A stretch of 63,994 nt of DNA, counting the filler, from Fonticula-like sp. SCN 57-25 (Eukaryota), in the NCBI GenBank assembly GCA_001724245.1. It is 8 parts of 8 records of this genome, joined end to end, with 100 filler letters (N's around TTAATTAATTAA, not from the genome) between each part and the next. Parts side by side here need not be neighbours in the genome. Positions count along the whole stretch, not along the records: positions 1 to 7,888 come from MEDX01000326.1; positions 7,989 to 15,837 come from MEDX01000327.1; 6 more parts are not named here. One strand, written 5' to 3'. Below, one piece after another: positions 1 through 12,300 of this stretch. The position numbers and the translations under genes are program-made. Under the pieces are notes generated by a model. The model made no database searches. It saw nothing but the letters and a program-made list of their open reading frames with translations, and was not told the origin of the DNA. Numbering within the stretch: position 1 is the first letter of the stretch; every line of letters starts with the position of its first letter.

Positions 1-1154
1 ATTGTCATCGTTAAAAGCAATGTGGGAAACAGCCTGGACAAACGGATCGTACACTGTGTACATCGCTGTCGTAGTGTTCCGGAGGTCGATGGCACTGATC
101 TTGCCGGACTCACATCCAAGCAGGACGTAGTTGTCGGCGTAGTGGGTCGATGTCTGGATCTTGGAGTCAGCAAGAAACCCTTCTGACAGCTCGTTTCCCT
201 TGCTTGCACGAGGATCGAAGACAGCAAACCTGCCGCCACTCGTGGCGTCAAGGCAAAGGTTCCGAACGTCTACGATTGTTACAATGGACAAACAAACCGT
301 ACAAAAAGTAGTGCAAGTGAGCCCATGTAAGATCATTGAGATAACAAACACAAATCTTATAATGATTGTATATAAGAACGTACAAGGGGAGGTCAAGTTG
401 TTTGAGACAGACAAGCACCTGTGAGCAACTTTCGAGTCAAAGGTGCACTGGAACGTCGTCAGGTCAACGAGTGAGAGGTTGCCTGACAGGTCGCCGATTG
501 CAAGCTGCTTCGTGTTCTCACACATCGCTAGCTCGCTGATTAGCGCATATGGGTGCACTTGGAGCTCCACTACGACGTAAAGGATTTATGTTCACAAGGA
601 TGGAGTCACAGTGAGTAACAGTGGGTGATTTGGCAATGACGTAAAAGGGTTGGAGAATGCAGGGTTGTTTGTTAAGTATGTACCTGCAGCATTGCCGGCA
701 TCTTCTGCCGTGTCTTCTTGTGGAACAAGCATAACACGGAAAACGGTACCATCTTGCTGAGCCACAATCATGCCATCTGTGCCGAACGAGCACAGATCGC
801 GGACGGGTTGGTTAAGCTCCTTTACGAGGTTGAGCCGCATCTCCTCCGTATCAAGTCGGACGATGCACTGGATGGGCGCACGAGCGTCAGTCGCAAAGGC
901 GGGCTCTCCAATGCTCCTTGAGAAGATGGGGCGACCCCATGACAAGTCCTGGAGTGAAATCTTCGCGCGTCGTTCGAGAAAACGCGTGAAGTTGGTTGTG
1001 TTGGACAGCTGTAGGGGGAGCGCAAGAAAATACCAAAGGTTGGTGTGATAAAGCACTAAATATTGTATAATACGGGAATTTCTAAAATATAGCAATGATC
1101 AAATTAGCGTACCGAGTACCCTTTAAAGGCTTTTTCTTTAGAAATTGTAATCAT
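1..1154 (-). CDS. WD40/beta-propeller-like protein, multi-exon, 3' end runs out of the window
   Basis: Manual splicing gives MITISKEKAFKGYS|LSNTTNFTRFLERR...|VELQVHPYALISELAMCENTKQLAIGDLSGNLSLVDL...|YVRNLCLDATSGGRFAVFDPR...YVLLGCESGKISAIDLRN. Donors are GTACGC/GTACAT/GTACGT. The repeated 'G..G.I...D.R' blades are WD40-like. Confidence 0.55.
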
Positions 1155-1434
1155 GCGTCACAAAGTCGCAAAACATTCTATGTCGTCTTCGCGATGTGAT
1201 AGCTGAGGGGGCTGGAAAACCTGAGATCGAAAATAATGGGTCTGTGCCGAGCCCTTGATCGCAACGAGAGCATCAGGTTTTGCACTGGTGGTTCGGGTTT
1301 GGTGTCATTTTAAAATAACTTGTTGCTGTGTGAATAGTTGTCATAATTGTAATGTATAGTTGAATATCAAATTTACAGAAGGGTTTGCTTATAAGTATTA
1401 AATTATTATTTCTATGTCTTGCTGTTTTTAGCAA

Positions 1435-4047
1435 ATGCGAGCATTTCTGCTTTTTGCCTTCTGCCTCAGCTTGCTCATGCGCTTCGCGCTTGGGTTTACG
1501 ACGGATCTCTCGACGATGTTTAGTGCGCAAGGTCATCCAACAATTAACACAACACTCGTAAGTGCTGATGGTGGTGCACTTGCTCTCTTGTCTGGTTCTG
1601 CAAGCGCCAAAGCTTCCTACGTTGGCTGGGAGTGTAGCAACTCCACTCCTTGCGCTATGTCTTCCCAACTAGACGTTTCAAGCCAGGCTTTGACTGTTGA
1701 GATGTGGGTGACGCAAACAACGTATCGTGTCGCCCCATTGTTTGCGATGCAGTCTAACGACAACTTTGCCTCTCAAGTCCTTTGTTCTGAGGCTCGCCCG
1801 CTTTTTATCGACTTCCAGGATAACTTTGTGGTGGTGGTAACGATGGCGTTCATGATAGATGGTAAACTTTCGTGTGAGTATGTCTCGCTTCCTCTGAGCG
1901 GAGCAAATTCAACCACATTTGCCCTTATTCTGTCAGGACGCATTGTTGACGACGAGACTGAGCTACACTTTACAATGGGGTCTGCACGTGTCCGCCGTTC
2001 CGTGTTTGGCACGCCACTGTTCTTTGGGTTATCTCAAAAGCTCACAGCCTATGTTGGCTACGCAGCACCTGGCTGGCTTGGAGAGCTTCACAAGCTATCG
2101 ATTACGCCAGATTACAAGTCCACGACTGTTGTCAGTGACATGATTGATCATGGTTTGACGATCCGGCCACCTTTCTTATCTGATATGCGCATCGACATTA
2201 GCAACTCATCGTCGCTGACTATTAGCCTTATTAACATTGCACCCCACGTACTGCCTTACGCTATGAATATTGTTGAGATGTCTGACGATACTCAGCTTTG
2301 CATCTCGGTTATTAATGTTTATGAGGACGAGAAACCCCTTCTTGTTAGCGACCTTCCGGTGCAGACAGACGCAACTGTGCGCGTCAGTTTTAACCTTGCC
2401 GAGCCGGAATGTTTTCGCTCCGACAAGACGTTCACGATCTCGTTTTCCGCAAACCTGGTAAATGAGTCTCTTGCGACGGTGCCTGTTACTTCTGCCGTTG
2501 CCACTATCTACACGGAATCGTTTCACAAACCGACAATTCCTGATTCTGAGGATGTGTTCGAGACATTTTCTAGTGTAACTCTTTCCTCGTTGATTCCCTC
2601 ATCTATTGAATCGCCCGTTAAGACGCTTACACTGACGTCGCTTCCTGCTATGGGCGAAATGTATGCTGTGTACTCAAGTGGTGTCATCAAGAAGCTCAGT
2701 ACCACTCCTGTCACTCTCGACGACATGGCTGTTCGCTTTAAGTTCTCGCCGCAATTTAGTGTCCGCGGTGACAACGCTCCACTTAATGTTGAACTTGGCC
2801 CAGACGATCTCATTGTATCGTCGTTTTCTTTTACTGCAACCTCGTTCTACAATGTTACTTCTGATTCGTCGACACGTACCTTGCGCTTTCGGAACAAAAT
2901 CTTGCTTGAGACACAACGTAATGTCTCTGTTCCTAGCTCGCAAAATTTTATTCAGTCACTTAAGCCCGTTATGCTTGCATCAAATAATCTAAATGGCCTT
3001 TTAGCAACAGACTTCCATGTTGTACTCGCTGAATTGCCGTCTTTCGGTGCCGTTCTGATTGATGGTTCAACTGTTACCAATGATATGCTTCCACTTGCGA
3101 TTATTGATTGGAGTACACTCTCATTCAAAGCGCCTGGTACTGCGGTCAATACTGGCAACACAGCAACGGTCAAATACTTCTGGTCTCACAAGTACTATGC
3201 TATCGCAAGTGCGGTTATGAGCTCGTTCACTCTTTTGCCAGCTCAAGTTAACATCGCTCCTTCTGTCTCCTTTTCTGACGATAACGACACTCACAACCCG
3301 CGTGTTGTTGGTCACTGGATTCCGTTGAATATCACTGTTGATGACGCAACAAGCTCTTCTACCAGCTTCTTCGTGCTCACTGCAAACACAACAACTCCAT
3401 TCTTGTATTTGCGTTCAAATATCAATAGCATAGTGGGTGCGCGTGTTATTTCCGAGACAAGTCGCAAGGTTCAAGTCTCTATTCCTCGTGACAAACTTGA
3501 TCTCTCGAAGTCCGCCATTCTAGCTATGGGCGTGGCTCCTCTCACTGCTTCTCTTGACATTCAAGTTGATGATGTTGATCCGAATACGTGGAGTGGCTAT
3601 GCTCCTCAAGTTAAATCATCGATGAGTTTTTTGCTTGACAATGAGGTTGACAACAGTAAGAAACCGACTGTAAACTCCGTCTTTCTTGATTCATCTCTTA
3701 TGCTTGGCCTGCTGATCGGAATCCCATGTCTTATCCTTGTCATTATCATTGCGATTTGCATTCGCCGCCGGGTTATTGCTGCAAAAGCAAAATCCATCGA
3801 TGCTGAGAAACGGAGCGTTCTTGATCGTATTGCGCAGTCTCAATGTGCGTCCTCTTCATCGTTTTCTCTGAACACCGTCAGCAGCCCCGTCGACTATGTG
3901 ATGCAAGAATCACCTGTATCGTCGGCGAATAACTCTGGCGAGTTCTCTCGTGTTGAAAGCCTTAACTTAGAGGACACTGCAAGTGTCAACTATGACGCTT
4001 CACAAGAGCTGAACCGCTCTTTTGATCCTATGATCAATCAAGAATGA
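1435..4047 (+). CDS. 870-aa intronless type I membrane protein: signal peptide, LamG-like domain, Ig/cadherin-like modules, TM helix, Ser-rich tail
   Basis: Hydrophobic N-terminus MRAFLLFAFCLSLLMRFALG. LamG-like motifs LTVEMWV and WLGELHKLSI. Repeated SLPAMG/ELPSFG modules. TM LMLGLLIGIPCLILVIIIAICI followed by RRR. Confidence 0.75.
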   Translation: MRAFLLFAFCLSLLMRFALGFTTDLSTMFSAQGHPTINTTLVSADGGALALLSGSASAKASYVGWECSNSTPCAMSSQLDVSSQALTVEMWVTQTTYRVAPLFAMQSNDNFASQVLCSEARPLFIDFQDNFVVVVTMAFMIDGKLSCEYVSLPLSGANSTTFALILSGRIVDDETELHFTMGSARVRRSVFGTPLFFGLSQKLTAYVGYAAPGWLGELHKLSITPDYKSTTVVSDMIDHGLTIRPPFLSDMRIDISNSSSLTISLINIAPHVLPYAMNIVEMSDDTQLCISVINVYEDEKPLLVSDLPVQTDATVRVSFNLAEPECFRSDKTFTISFSANLVNESLATVPVTSAVATIYTESFHKPTIPDSEDVFETFSSVTLSSLIPSSIESPVKTLTLTSLPAMGEMYAVYSSGVIKKLSTTPVTLDDMAVRFKFSPQFSVRGDNAPLNVELGPDDLIVSSFSFTATSFYNVTSDSSTRTLRFRNKILLETQRNVSVPSSQNFIQSLKPVMLASNNLNGLLATDFHVVLAELPSFGAVLIDGSTVTNDMLPLAIIDWSTLSFKAPGTAVNTGNTATVKYFWSHKYYAIASAVMSSFTLLPAQVNIAPSVSFSDDNDTHNPRVVGHWIPLNITVDDATSSSTSFFVLTANTTTPFLYLRSNINSIVGARVISETSRKVQVSIPRDKLDLSKSAILAMGVAPLTASLDIQVDDVDPNTWSGYAPQVKSSMSFLLDNEVDNSKKPTVNSVFLDSSLMLGLLIGIPCLILVIIIAICIRRRVIAAKAKSIDAEKRSVLDRIAQSQCASSSSFSLNTVSSPVDYVMQESPVSSANNSGEFSRVESLNLEDTASVNYDASQELNRSFDPMINQE

Positions 4048-4985
4048 AATTACTAGTTTGTCAATAGCTTAAACGTTACATAGATATATTTTGCGTGACC
4101 AGATTTGGGATCAAAATAATAGGCCGAATAAAGCATGCCCATTTAATATAAAACCGTTTCAAGTTGGCTTAATTTCGATTTAAAGACAATGGTCATGAGG
4201 GTCTTAGTGCAACATGCTTGTCCTAGCGTGCCTCAAGCTGAGCTCTCACTAAAAGAATTCGATTTCATGTGCTGCACGACTCAAATGCGTTATTTTTGCA
4301 ATACTGTAGCAGGAAAATATGATATTGTTGCGGAAGATGCGAAAATTATTTTCAGACAGACCAACTGTTGATGTGTCACTCGAGTCTAAGTGCATTGATC
4401 ACCCCCTTGAACACGCTAAGCCATTAAACTTTAGCAGTAAACACAATATATATGACATGTATTCGAAATAGAAATTTAAAAACGTTTTCCGTTCAAAATT
4501 CAAATTTGAATCATAGCGCTTTATAGGCAAAGTGACGGTGAAAACCCGAAATACACGCAAAATAAGCTAAAATGCTGCATTTTAGATCTTAGCAACCATA
4601 CCCAAACCCGAAAAAGCCAACCAAGTACGGATTCATCGTCCCCCACACGAAACCAGGCTTACCGAAGCGATTACATACTTGAATGAGAAATAATGCTAAA
4701 TTTCGGTTGTATGCATCATATATTGTATAATATCTTACAACGACTTCCTAGAGATGCTAACTTATGCACGTGTCTCGGTAATCGACAAGCTCGGGACAGA
4801 GATCACGAAACCGCTGAAGCGACTTTCTGCCATTTGTTGAGCTGCTCCAGCACTATATGTTATGATAATGAAATATGCAATCTTAAATTTTTAGAAGTTG
4901 GCTGACATATTAACGTTATTTCTCTTGCCTTAATTAATTCACTTTGCAGGTTATCGAAGTACGAATGAGCGCTGCTGTTCTTTAG

Positions 4986-7580
4986 GACGCCCACTTGTTC
5001 GAGCGGCTGCGCGAACTTGAGGATGAAGAGCGTCGTCTTGCTGCTATGCGACGCCCTAAAGGCTTTCCTTTTCGTATGTGCTTGTGTCTTCTAGCAGTCC
5101 TCCTAATTTGGATTTCTAGTTTGTCCGTCACACAGGTTTTTGTTGCCAGTGTCGTCAACAGGCCTTCCTACAAATCAGTCAGGCACCGCTGGTCTGTGCT
5201 TTCGGCAACTGTGAGCCTTGAACGCAGTAACAACATCAAGTGCCTGTCTGCCTCTTACACCGCAATTCGTGCAGCAGCGTCTGACTCATACGCAACTCAG
5301 CTTGAAACGCTTCAAGCCACCGATCTTAGCCGTACTAACACTAATAAGGCCATCGACACACTCGGCCAGAGCTGTAAAGCTACTCTCACCGACGCTATTA
5401 GCACGTTTATTAATCATCAACAGAGCGGCGGGGAAATTATATTTAACACAAACGCCTGCAGCAAAGAAGAGATTCAGTCAACAAAATCTATCCTTTTTTC
5501 TGACGCTTTTTCCGCATTATCACAGTCGTCGGCACTTTATTCTCAAGCTGTTGATAACTATACGGTTGCGTTTGAAAATTTCACCACGTCTGCAGAGGAT
5601 CGTTACAACTACGACTCGACATACGTCCAGAACAAGACAGGCAAATTGACAGGCTTGGGTGTTGAGCTAACTGCGATTCCACTTCAGCTCAACACTGATG
5701 TCGACTTTTCTCTCAACAACTTTCTTACTGCTCCAGACTTAGCTTATCTCCAGGGCTGTCTTTCGCTGTCGTCAAACTGCCCAGACTTCAGGAACGTTGT
5801 ATTAAATGGCATTAACTCTGTGAACTCGGTGGTTGAGGCATTTGCCTCCGCTTATACTTTAGCGATGAAGACAGCTCACAGTTACGAAGAGCTTGTTCTT
5901 TATCGTTTAAGTCAAGTCGAGTCAATTTTTAGTGTTCTTCGTTCAGTCCCCGACCTTGACTTCGCAAATTTGTTTGGTGATTTGCAGCTTCCTTCTTTAA
6001 ATCTGCCATCATTACAATTACCAACAATGCCTAACGTCACACTCGGATCTATCGATGGTTTAAGTCTTGGCCTTGGACCTCTCTCGGCCGATATGCTCGT
6101 TGATTTGACTGCTGCGCGAGAGCGCATGAAGCAAGAGATTGTGGCTGCCATGCTTGCAGTTAAATAGCGCGTCAAAAACACTACTGTGTCATTTCCGTCG
6201 TTTTTTGAGGACTACAATCCCCCGGCTGTCACCGCAACACTGCCATCATTTGAGCTTGCGCCATCTCAGAACAAAACAAGTTCACTTAACATGTCGGAAT
6301 CAATGCAACATATTTTGAACTTAACAAACTTTCAGTACAAATCAGATCCATCTCCACCGGCAGTTGTACAACCACGCGCTCCCCGAGTCGACATGTCTTT
6401 TGATGCGTCTTTACCCGATTTTAATACTAACTACGACACATCTACATTTGTGGAGATTCTTGCCGTTGCTACCGTTGTTCTGTTTGGTCTTGATATTGCT
6501 TATCGTATTTTCAAAACGATTCGCGTTATCTTACATTACATGCGTGGAACATCTGTATCTTTGCCCGTTATCGATGTGACAAAAGGCCAAAAAACTGATA
6601 TGGCCGAGTTTTCTTCTTCTTCAAAATGTAACATGGTTATGACGTTTGCATCAGGACCCCTTGTTGGAGTAATTCTTGTTTTGGGACTGATATGCGTTAT
6701 CGTTTGGTTTTTGGCCCTACTTTATCTGCAATTTTACAACGACTATCAAAATGGCTGCGTGCATTCTCGCGATGGCACGTTCCTATCAACAAATGCTGCC
6801 ACTTTAGCCTATCACTACAGTGCGATCCCAGGCTCAGCGCTAAAAGTCGGCTTTGAGGGCGAAATTGAAATTTACAAAACAGCTACATGCAACAAACTTG
6901 CAATTGAAGACTCTGCATTGATCTATAAGTCCAACTTCTTTCTCCACAAGAACCGGACTACTTTTCTTGAGCAGTCGCAAGGACTCGGCTTGCTTTCCAA
7001 GTGTATCGACCGTGCTTCATTCCCCAACAACACCGTTTCCACACGCAATGGCGCACAGCTTAACACACAGGTTCTCTTTGACACTTTTACGTCGTGTTCA
7101 GCGGACAAGCTTGACTTTGCTCCTGATGAATATGTCGGGGATGTGTCTGCAGAGACTTGTTGGAACGCGATGCCAGTTACCGAGTTTGCTTGCTCTGATG
7201 TGTCACGCGACGCTATTAATATGGGCGCTCACAATGCGTCATGTGATAGCGAGTGGTATGCGCATACGACGCTGGTTAACATGTTTGGTGTTCTTGTGAT
7301 GTTCTTTTCACTAAACGTAAGTCGCAGGCTTTTGCTGTCTGCTCTAACTGGCTTCTTTTGGAAGTGGTCCGGTGAGAAGCATCTGCGCTTTCAAGCATAC
7401 TGTGATCTTAACGGGAAAATTCCTGATTTAACCCAGGAAGTCATCTTACAGGAGTCACAGAAGATGCTACGCTGCCGCAACGTTGTCTCCGTAATTAAAC
7501 TTATTCTTTCCATCGTCATCTATGCGCCAACTATATACGTTCTCATTTTACTCTCCGATATCGGTTCACCCAAACAATAA
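4986..7580 (+). CDS. Multi-pass (about 5 TM) glycoprotein with two large Cys-containing extracellular loops; one frame interrupted by TAG at 6165-6167 (possible pseudogene or recoded gene)
   Basis: ORFs 4995..6167 and 6186..7580 share a frame: GTT AAA TAG CGC GTC AAA AAC ACT ACT GTG. Five hydrophobic segments and many NxS/T sites. The true start is uncertain. Confidence 0.65.
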
Positions 7581-7888
7581 CTAACTTTATTTCAACTCAG
7601 AAAAATACACACAGACGCCATTAAAAAGATAATGTGTTTGTTCGTATTAACTTTATTAATTTACGCTACATGATTATTGTTGAGATAACAAAAGTGCTGT
7701 AAACAAAAACGAGAAACGCAAAGACATGCGAGAGTACATCGGCTCAGGCACCTGACATGCAGCGGCTCACGTCAGCAAGCGCGCAAACCGCGCATGATCA
7801 ACCTCATCAAATTTTCCCCCGTCATTATCTACATATCTACATTGCACATCTTTGGTATCCTGCCTATCCGTCGTCTTGGCCGTGCACG

Positions 7889-7988
7889 NNNNNNNNNNNN
7901 NNNNNNNNNNNNNNNNNNNNNNNNNNNNNNNNTTAATTAATTAANNNNNNNNNNNNNNNNNNNNNNNNNNNNNNNNNNNNNNNNNNNN
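7889..7988. other. Artificial contig spacer
   Basis: N44-TTAATTAATTAA-N44; the core gives stops in all six frames. Confidence 0.98.
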
Positions 7989-8367
7989 CGAGGCGATGCG
8001 CTGGGGCAAGGAGCGCGCGCTCAAGCACGGCCCGCTCGTGATGGAGTTTGAAACCTACCGGTATGGCGGGCACTCGATGAGCGACCCGGGCACGACGTAC
8101 AGGACGCGCGAGGAGGTGGCCAGGATGCGCGCCACCAACGACCCGATCACGGGGTTGATGGAGAGGATCGTGGCGGCGGGGGCGGCGACCGAGGAGGAGC
8201 TGAAGGCCCTCGATAAAAAGGCCAGGAAGGAGGTCGAGGACGACACAGAGTGGGCAAAGATGTCGCCCGAGCCCGAGATGTCCGAGCTGTGGACCGATAT
8301 TTACGTCAAGGGGGAGGAGGTCGATAGGCTCAGGGGAAGGAGCAAGGTCGAGGGGATCACCTTCTGA
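7989..8367 (+). CDS. PDA1: Pyruvate dehydrogenase E1 alpha subunit, C-terminal part
   Basis: GPLVMEFETYRYGGHSMSDPGTTYRTREEV...NDPI, the PDH E1-alpha phosphorylation-loop signature. Confidence 0.95.
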
Positions 8368-8971
8368 AACGAATAGTTGAATAAATAGTAGTACAATAAA
8401 GTGAAAAAGAGGATGGAATTATAGCCATAGAGAGAAAGAAAGACACTTGTATCTGCATCAAGATGGCTGAAAGTAACTATGCGCGTATTACGTCATCAGA
8501 GGGATGTGGTAATCGGAGCTGGGTGATCGATCATGGGGCGATGGGGCGGTTGCAGATGCACTGGCGGCGGTGTTGCTTTTTGTTGAACAGAGTAGTTTTG
8601 TGGCTGTGTTATGGGTGTGGGGATATGCGTAGAGGCAGATGGCCAGGGATCGTTCTCGATGCCAAGGGAATGTACATCATCATGGCACACGACGGATCAA
8701 GGCCCACAAATGTTTGGTATAATGTACCAGACGCTCTAAAGAGAACCTTGTCCAACAATGTATACTCTAAATAACCAGTTCAATTTGCTTTTGTTGGTTT
8801 CTCCCGTGTTCATGCCAGTTGCCACGCCACTACATCGTCCCACCCAATCATCATGCCATGCGTCATCAAGGCCAAGAAAGAGAACAGCGCACTTTATTAG
8901 AACATTATCCAAACCACAAAACACCCTTAAGCGTCCACAAACAAATACTAATTCAGTCTTTCCTCTTTCTA

Positions 8972-9203
8972 CTACTCCTTCTTGCGCGCCAGGGCCGCAT
9001 TCGCCGCCCGCTGCTCCCCGACAGCCGCCGACACCCAATAGACCTGCAGCCAAATCGTGGTTAATACCCACGCTAACACGCAAATAGTTCACAAGGTAAA
9101 GTGGGAGAAGCGGGAGACGCACAAGTGCAAGCACATGGACAAGGATGACGCCGTAGAGCGCCAGCTCCACCGTCGACATGCCGTCGCTCGTCAGCAGCGC
9201 CAT
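8972..9203 (-). CDS. About 50-aa single-TM microprotein, two exons
   Basis: MALLTSDGMSTVELALYGVILVHVLAL|VYWVSAAVGEQRAANAALARKKE*. The intron is GTGCGT...GCAG and the stop is a double TAG TAG. Confidence 0.65.
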
Positions 9204-9396
9204 GGTCACGTGATCAGATGGAATCTGCGATCTAAAAGAAAATGGCATGCAAGAAGCAGCGCAAAAGATAATGAAAACGGGATGAAAAGGTGTTTATTGT
9301 ATATCCTGAAAAAGAGCAATAACAGCGAGAGAAAGAGAGGACCACCAGCTTGTTGAAATGCGCGCGTGCCCCGTGAAACAGGAGCATAGAGTCTTG

Positions 9397-12300
9397 CTAC
9401 AGACCGACGTCACCTGGCGAGACAACGACGTTGGAGCTGCGAAGATCGGGCTCGATGGACTCAAACACCATCTGACGTAGCGTCACGTTCTCGATAGCGA
9501 GAAGTGCCGCCTTCACTTGGGGTGTCTGGCGTTTCACATTGCTCGCTGAAAAGGCGACATAATAATCTATTCCTATAGGAAAGTAGCTCTTGGGCCAAGG
9601 GTTCTCAGGACACTCAAGTACATGGGGGTGCGCGTCAGCCCCACAGTTCTTGAAGCAGTACCCGCAAAAGCAGATTTTGCATGTTTCACATGTCACTGAG
9701 AAGCAGCCAGTGAAGTCATAAAATGCCGCTTCACAGCCTGGGCAGCGGAGCGTCAGAATCTTGTTTTGAATATGATTTCTAAGTCGCAGCATCTCTGGCT
9801 CCAAGTCCTCCGTCGTATTCGCTGCGCTGGCTTGCGCGCATGTCATTCCTTGGTGAGAGACACACGCGCGCTCCATGGTCGACGAGCAGTCGAGGCAGTA
9901 CGATGTCTCGCACAAACTGCAGTACGCGGCAGCACGGTTGTCGGCCACCAGAAGCTGCTGGCAGCCAACCTGAACGCACGGCACAATCTTTTTCTTGATT
10001 TCACTGCGCTGAAGGAACGTGCTCATGGACGCCTCGAGCAGGAATCGCAGCGATGCCTCGTCGCTGGTCGCCTGCGTCACGACGACCTCGGCAGGATATG
10101 CAACCCCACACATTGCGCAGACAACCGGGGTCTTGGCCGGCTCCACACGTAGAAGGTTCAAGGCACATTCATGATGCATGGAATGCTCGCATGTGGGCGA
10201 GCGGAACACGCTGTCGTTGACCTCAAACTCACACCAGCAAATAGAGCAAGCGCGCCCGTCATCCGCGGCCTTTTTCTTTGCAAGTTTTTCGCGCAGCTTG
10301 GTCACATGCTCAACAAAGCGGGCGATCGACTCGGTCGAACCAAAAACATTGGCAATATTTAGGACGCGCGTCAACCTTATGCTCTCAAGCCCGCATTCCT
10401 TGACAATCGAATCGCGCTTCCGGCAAACCAGCGGGAAGACGGCATCAAGCGAAATAGACTGCGAGGAGCACTTGATCTCAGCAGCCAGATCATTGAGCTC
10501 TCGCTGTAACTGCTTCAGGTTCTCGGGCGACGACGCGTACATAACAATAACCTTGGAGCGGTTATTACAGTGAACGTGCCCTCTGCCGCGCCACTCATTG
10601 CAGAGCGACAGCAGCAGCGGCTTCGCCATCTGCGTACAAAGCGAGGCGCCCCGTACACCCCTGAACGGCGCCGACACAAAGCTCTTGCGGACGCGTGACA
10701 TGTACTCTTGAATGTTCGTCGCCATGTCCCCGATGGTGGCGGCGACTGCGTCGCGCACAATCAGGCGGCTGTTGTGAGCGGTTACATGCGCCGCCAAATC
10801 CGGAGCGCCGCCCAGCTGGAAAGTGGCTAAGAATGTCAAGCGAACACGCGTTCCCTCTCGGTTGATGGTCAATGTGACCCCGCGCGCGGCGGCATCTTGG
10901 AGGATAGCGGCTATTGAGTTGGCGGCCAATGCGTACACCTCTTGGCTGAGAACGACACTGCCGCTAACGTGCGCCTCGCGGCGAATGACTTGGCCGCACT
11001 GCCTATCGTGCTGCTTTGCAAGGCCGTGCTGGTGAGTCTTCTCTGCCGCTCGCGCAAGGTCGTCAATGGACGTAAACTGGTACTTGACGCGGCCTCGGTG
11101 GCGTGATTCATCATAGACTGACTGCCCTTCGTCGTTGACAAAAGGTAGGTATGCTTGAATGGCGGCAATATCCTGCTTGAGCGATTTGTGCTGGACGGAA
11201 GCGGCAGACGAGGCTTGATATACAGGCATATGCATCTTCACCTTATGGACACGAATGGGATCGGACTGACTGCCATCCGCAAGGCTTGAGCGGACCATCT
11301 GCTCGGTCGTGTCAGCGGGCAGGTTGTTCACGTCAAGCACAGGCGACGCAATATTCTTGCGCTGCTTCACAGAAGCGTCACTAAAGCGCGCGGTGAGGAT
11401 TTTCTGAGCAGCCTCGACTTGCGCAGCGTCCTTGAGAAATATGGATACGGCGGCGGACGGCTCCCGGCGGACAAGAAAAATCTTGTTCTGGTGAAGACGC
11501 GAGCATCGCCTCGTCGACTTCGAGCGGCAACCGGCTGAACGTCACCATCCGGTCGACCTCTTGATTGGTCTCGGACAAGCCCTCCTTAACGTCCCACTTG
11601 GAATTCGGAAACGCAGCCGCGCCCGCCCTGGCAATGAGCTGAGCCTGCTGCAACGACGAAATAAAGATGCGACCCGACCCGCTCGACACCTCGGTCGCGT
11701 AGGAGATGCGAATCTCGCCAGAGATATTCGACACAGTCGCCAAGTGCTGGTCGCCGGCGCCAATCTGGCAGCGATACGTGTCGCCATTGGCGCCCTTTTG
11801 CTGGGATAGATATTTGCTCGCCGCCAGCGCAGCTGCATACGACTCGAGAGTAATGAGGGCCCACGTGGTGGGCAGCGCCACCTGAGGCTTCCTTCTGAAA
11901 GCAGCTTCAACGGCTGCAGGCTTGCCGGCAGCGTGTGATGATAAAGTACCGCCAGCGCGGTGCTGATGATCGCGCGCGGAGCCATGGTGGTGGTGGTGAT
12001 GATGATGATGACCACCGTCGCTCGGCGGCGCTTTCTGCCCACGCGCCTTGTCCACAAGCTGGTATACGTAGCATGCTCGGACCGCTTTCTCCGTGAACGC
12101 GGTGTCCTTCAGCCCTTGGCGAACGAGAGCAAATATATCCTTTTCGTCGAGCGACGCAACGACATTCTCCACTTTGACCTGGTTTGATTGTCCCTCAAAG
12201 AGAACATCCAAAATCTCGAGCCCGCGACCAACAACGACTCGCGTGTCCGACTTGATATCCTCGCTTTCTTTGGACCGAATCGGCCACTCAATGCTCATGA

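Noticed and set aside
1435-7580. Genome-wide TAG reassignment to Gln
   Set aside because: TAG ends conserved genes such as the SAM carrier and AP4E1 where their C-termini are expected, and the 870-aa neighbour has no internal TAG.
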